In this document: positions 61,926 to 64,000 of the stretch, one piece after another | Position numbering within the stretch: the stretch's first letter is position 1 | How the letters are laid out: the number at the start of each line of letters is the position of its first letter | NCBI RefSeq assembly: GCF_006345805.1 | Contig: NC_042998.1 | Location: forward strand, 177,382,001-177,446,000 | Reading direction: 5' to 3' | Source of the DNA: Octopus sinensis | Lineage: Eukaryota | Length of the DNA stretch: 64,000 bases | Program-made: the position numbers and the translations under genes | The notes under the pieces: model-generated | What the model saw: the letters and a program-made list of their open reading frames with translations, nothing else | The model's database searches: none | Told to the model about the DNA's origin: nothing

Positions 61926-62667
61926 TTAAAAGAATCATAAAGAGGAAAAGGTGCATAGGCATGTCAGGAGTAGTGTTGGTGAATTTCAAGAAAAGCAGCC
62001 ATTAAAAGATGATGATGAGTGCTGCATTTTTTTTTTTGAAATTTTATAAGCATGTCCACATGTGGCAGAGGTAGGAAATTCAAAAAAATTGTCTAAAATT
62101 ATTGTTCAGAATGTTATCGTAGCATCATGACTACCTTTTTCCAACCAGGTATAAAGGTTAGCCTTCAGCCCATATCATCATCATTTAATATCCACTTTTC
62201 CATGCTTGCATGGGTTGGATGGAGTTTATTGAAGCAGAGTTTCTATGTCCAGATACCTTGCTGTCATCAACCCTCACCTGTTTCCAAGCTAGGTAATATT
62301 TCACTATGACTAGACATATTTTCACAGAATGTTGGAAATGAATGACACTGCTTGTATGACAGTGACACTCATTTACAACTATCACAGGATGTCAAGATGA
62401 GGAGAGACAAAAATACACACACTATGAGCTTTTTTCAGTTTCCATCAACCAAATCTACACATAAGGCTTTGATCAACTTAGGGTTATAGTAGATGACGCT
62501 TGGCAAGGTGTTACACAAGGGGACTGAACTCAGAACTATGCAGCTGGAAAGTAAACTTGTTAGCACACAGCTATGACTGTGCCATATGTATTTATATATA
62601 CAGGCTAAGCCCTTTACGGATGTAAAACAGTTAGTCACTATGACCAGACATATACTTAACTGCACCA

Positions 62668-64000
62668 CTATGCTGATGACCTGGCCCTCATAGCAGAATC
62701 ACTACCGGAACTAAAAAAGAAATTTCAGGTGTGGAAGCTAGGTTTAGAATCAAAAGGCCTTAGAGTAAATGTAGCAAAGACCAAAGTAGGAAGGCGAACT
62801 CATCACACACACCCTCAGGTAGGTGGCCCTGCTTGATCTGTAGAAAAGGTGTAGGTAGAAACTCCATAGGATGTACTCAGTGTAAGCTATGGACGCATAA
62901 GAGGTGCAGCAATATCAGAGGAAAATTAACCGAGAAGATAGCTTTCGTGTGCGGCAGATGCACAGGGGCAATAGACACCACAGATACTCAGAAAACAGAT
63001 TCCATCACACTCCAGGGGCAGAAACTAGAAGTAGTTGATAGTTTCCGCTACCTAGGTGACCAAGTTAGTAGTGGAGGTGGATGCTCAGAGAGTGTCACCA
63101 CAAGAATATGAATAGCCTGGGCAAAGTTTAGAAAGCTTCTACCCCCTTCTGGTGACAAAGAGTCTCTTGCTCAGAGTGAAAGGTAGATTGTACAACGCAT
63201 GTGTGTGAACTGCCATGCTTCACGGTAGAGAGACATGAGCTGTGACTGCAGAGGAGATGCGTAGGCTTGAAAGAAATGAAGCTGGCATGATCCGCTGGAT
63301 GCGTAATGTCAGTGTGCACACATGACAGAGTGTAAGCGCCCAGAGAGAAATGCTGGACATAAGAAGCATTGGATGTGGCATGCAAGAGAGACGTTTGCGC
63401 TGGTATGGTTATGAACTACGGATGAATGAGGAGAGATGTGTGAAGAAGAGCCACTCCCAAACAGTTGAAGGAATCCAGGGTAGACGTAGACCCAGGAAGA
63501 CATGGGATGAGGTGGTCAAGCATGACCTTCGAACGTAGAGCCTCACAGAGGCAATGACAAAAGACCGAGATCTCTGGAGATATGCTGTGACTGTGAAGGC
63601 CCAACAAATAACATGAGTTCATGGCTGTTTCCTGCACCAGCCCATCCAAAGTACCTTGGATTGTAGGGTGACCTGCTGTGCTTGAGGAGACCTATTGAGT
63701 CAAGTACATCAACATCAAAATAAAAATCAAATGGAAATTGTAGTTGTGATACCTGTGCCAGTGGCATGTCAAAAGCACCATCCAGACGTGGACAATGCCA
63801 GCGCCGCCTTGACTGGGTTCCATGGTGGTTGCATGTAAAAAGCACCAACTGATTGTGGCCGCTGTCAGCGGTATGTAAAAAGCACCCACTACACTCACGG
63901 AGTGGTTGGCGTTAGGAAGGCCATCCAGCTGTAGAAACACTGCCAGATCAGACTGGAGCCTGGTGCAGCCTCCTGGCTTCCCAGACCCTGGTCGAACCGT
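62668..64000 (+). mobile_element. Older RTE copy (stops and frameshifts), truncated at YADD and running off the window
   Basis: YADD, PHD finger WPCLICRKGVGRNSIGCTQCKLWTHKRC...CGRC, FRYLG, RPRKTWDEVVKHDL, 3'UTR array. Confidence 0.92.

Overview
This is AT-rich (~65%) eukaryotic DNA made mostly of repeats. The SINE, RTE and microsatellite content suggests a coleoid cephalopod (Octopus-like); that is an inference. The one host gene I can support is the 5' part of PDXDC1 (PLP-dependent decarboxylase domain protein 1) on the minus strand. It has four phase-consistent exons (19227-19277, 19022-19114, 6531-6686, 1817-2006) and a probable upstream exon (~24667-24791), and it continues beyond position 1. 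The rest is introns or intergenic DNA filled with several RTE-clade LINE families, three tRNA-derived SINE families, Tc1/mariner elements (DD34D-like mariner, DD37D maT, pogo/Tc2-like MITE), TTAA MITEs, non-autonomous Helitrons, Penelope-like fragments, Gypsy and CR1-like relics, fold-back elements and (TA)n/(CA)n/(ATG)n microsatellites. No rRNA, tRNA gene or CRISPR array was found. The most interesting signals are retroelement RNA structures. (1) A ~550-bp non-autonomous RTE derivative begins exactly with an HDV-like ribozyme fold (25808-25886). (2) Penelope-type hammerhead motifs occur, including a shared CUGUGGA core variant. (3) One RTE family has a 3'UTR array of conserved boxes and hairpins whose copy number varies. 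(4) RTE ORFs carry an intra-RT PHD finger or tandem C2H2 fingers. (5) Retroelements repeatedly sit in (TA)n tracts. All folds and alignments were done by eye. TE boundaries without a stated TSD or TIR are approximate.
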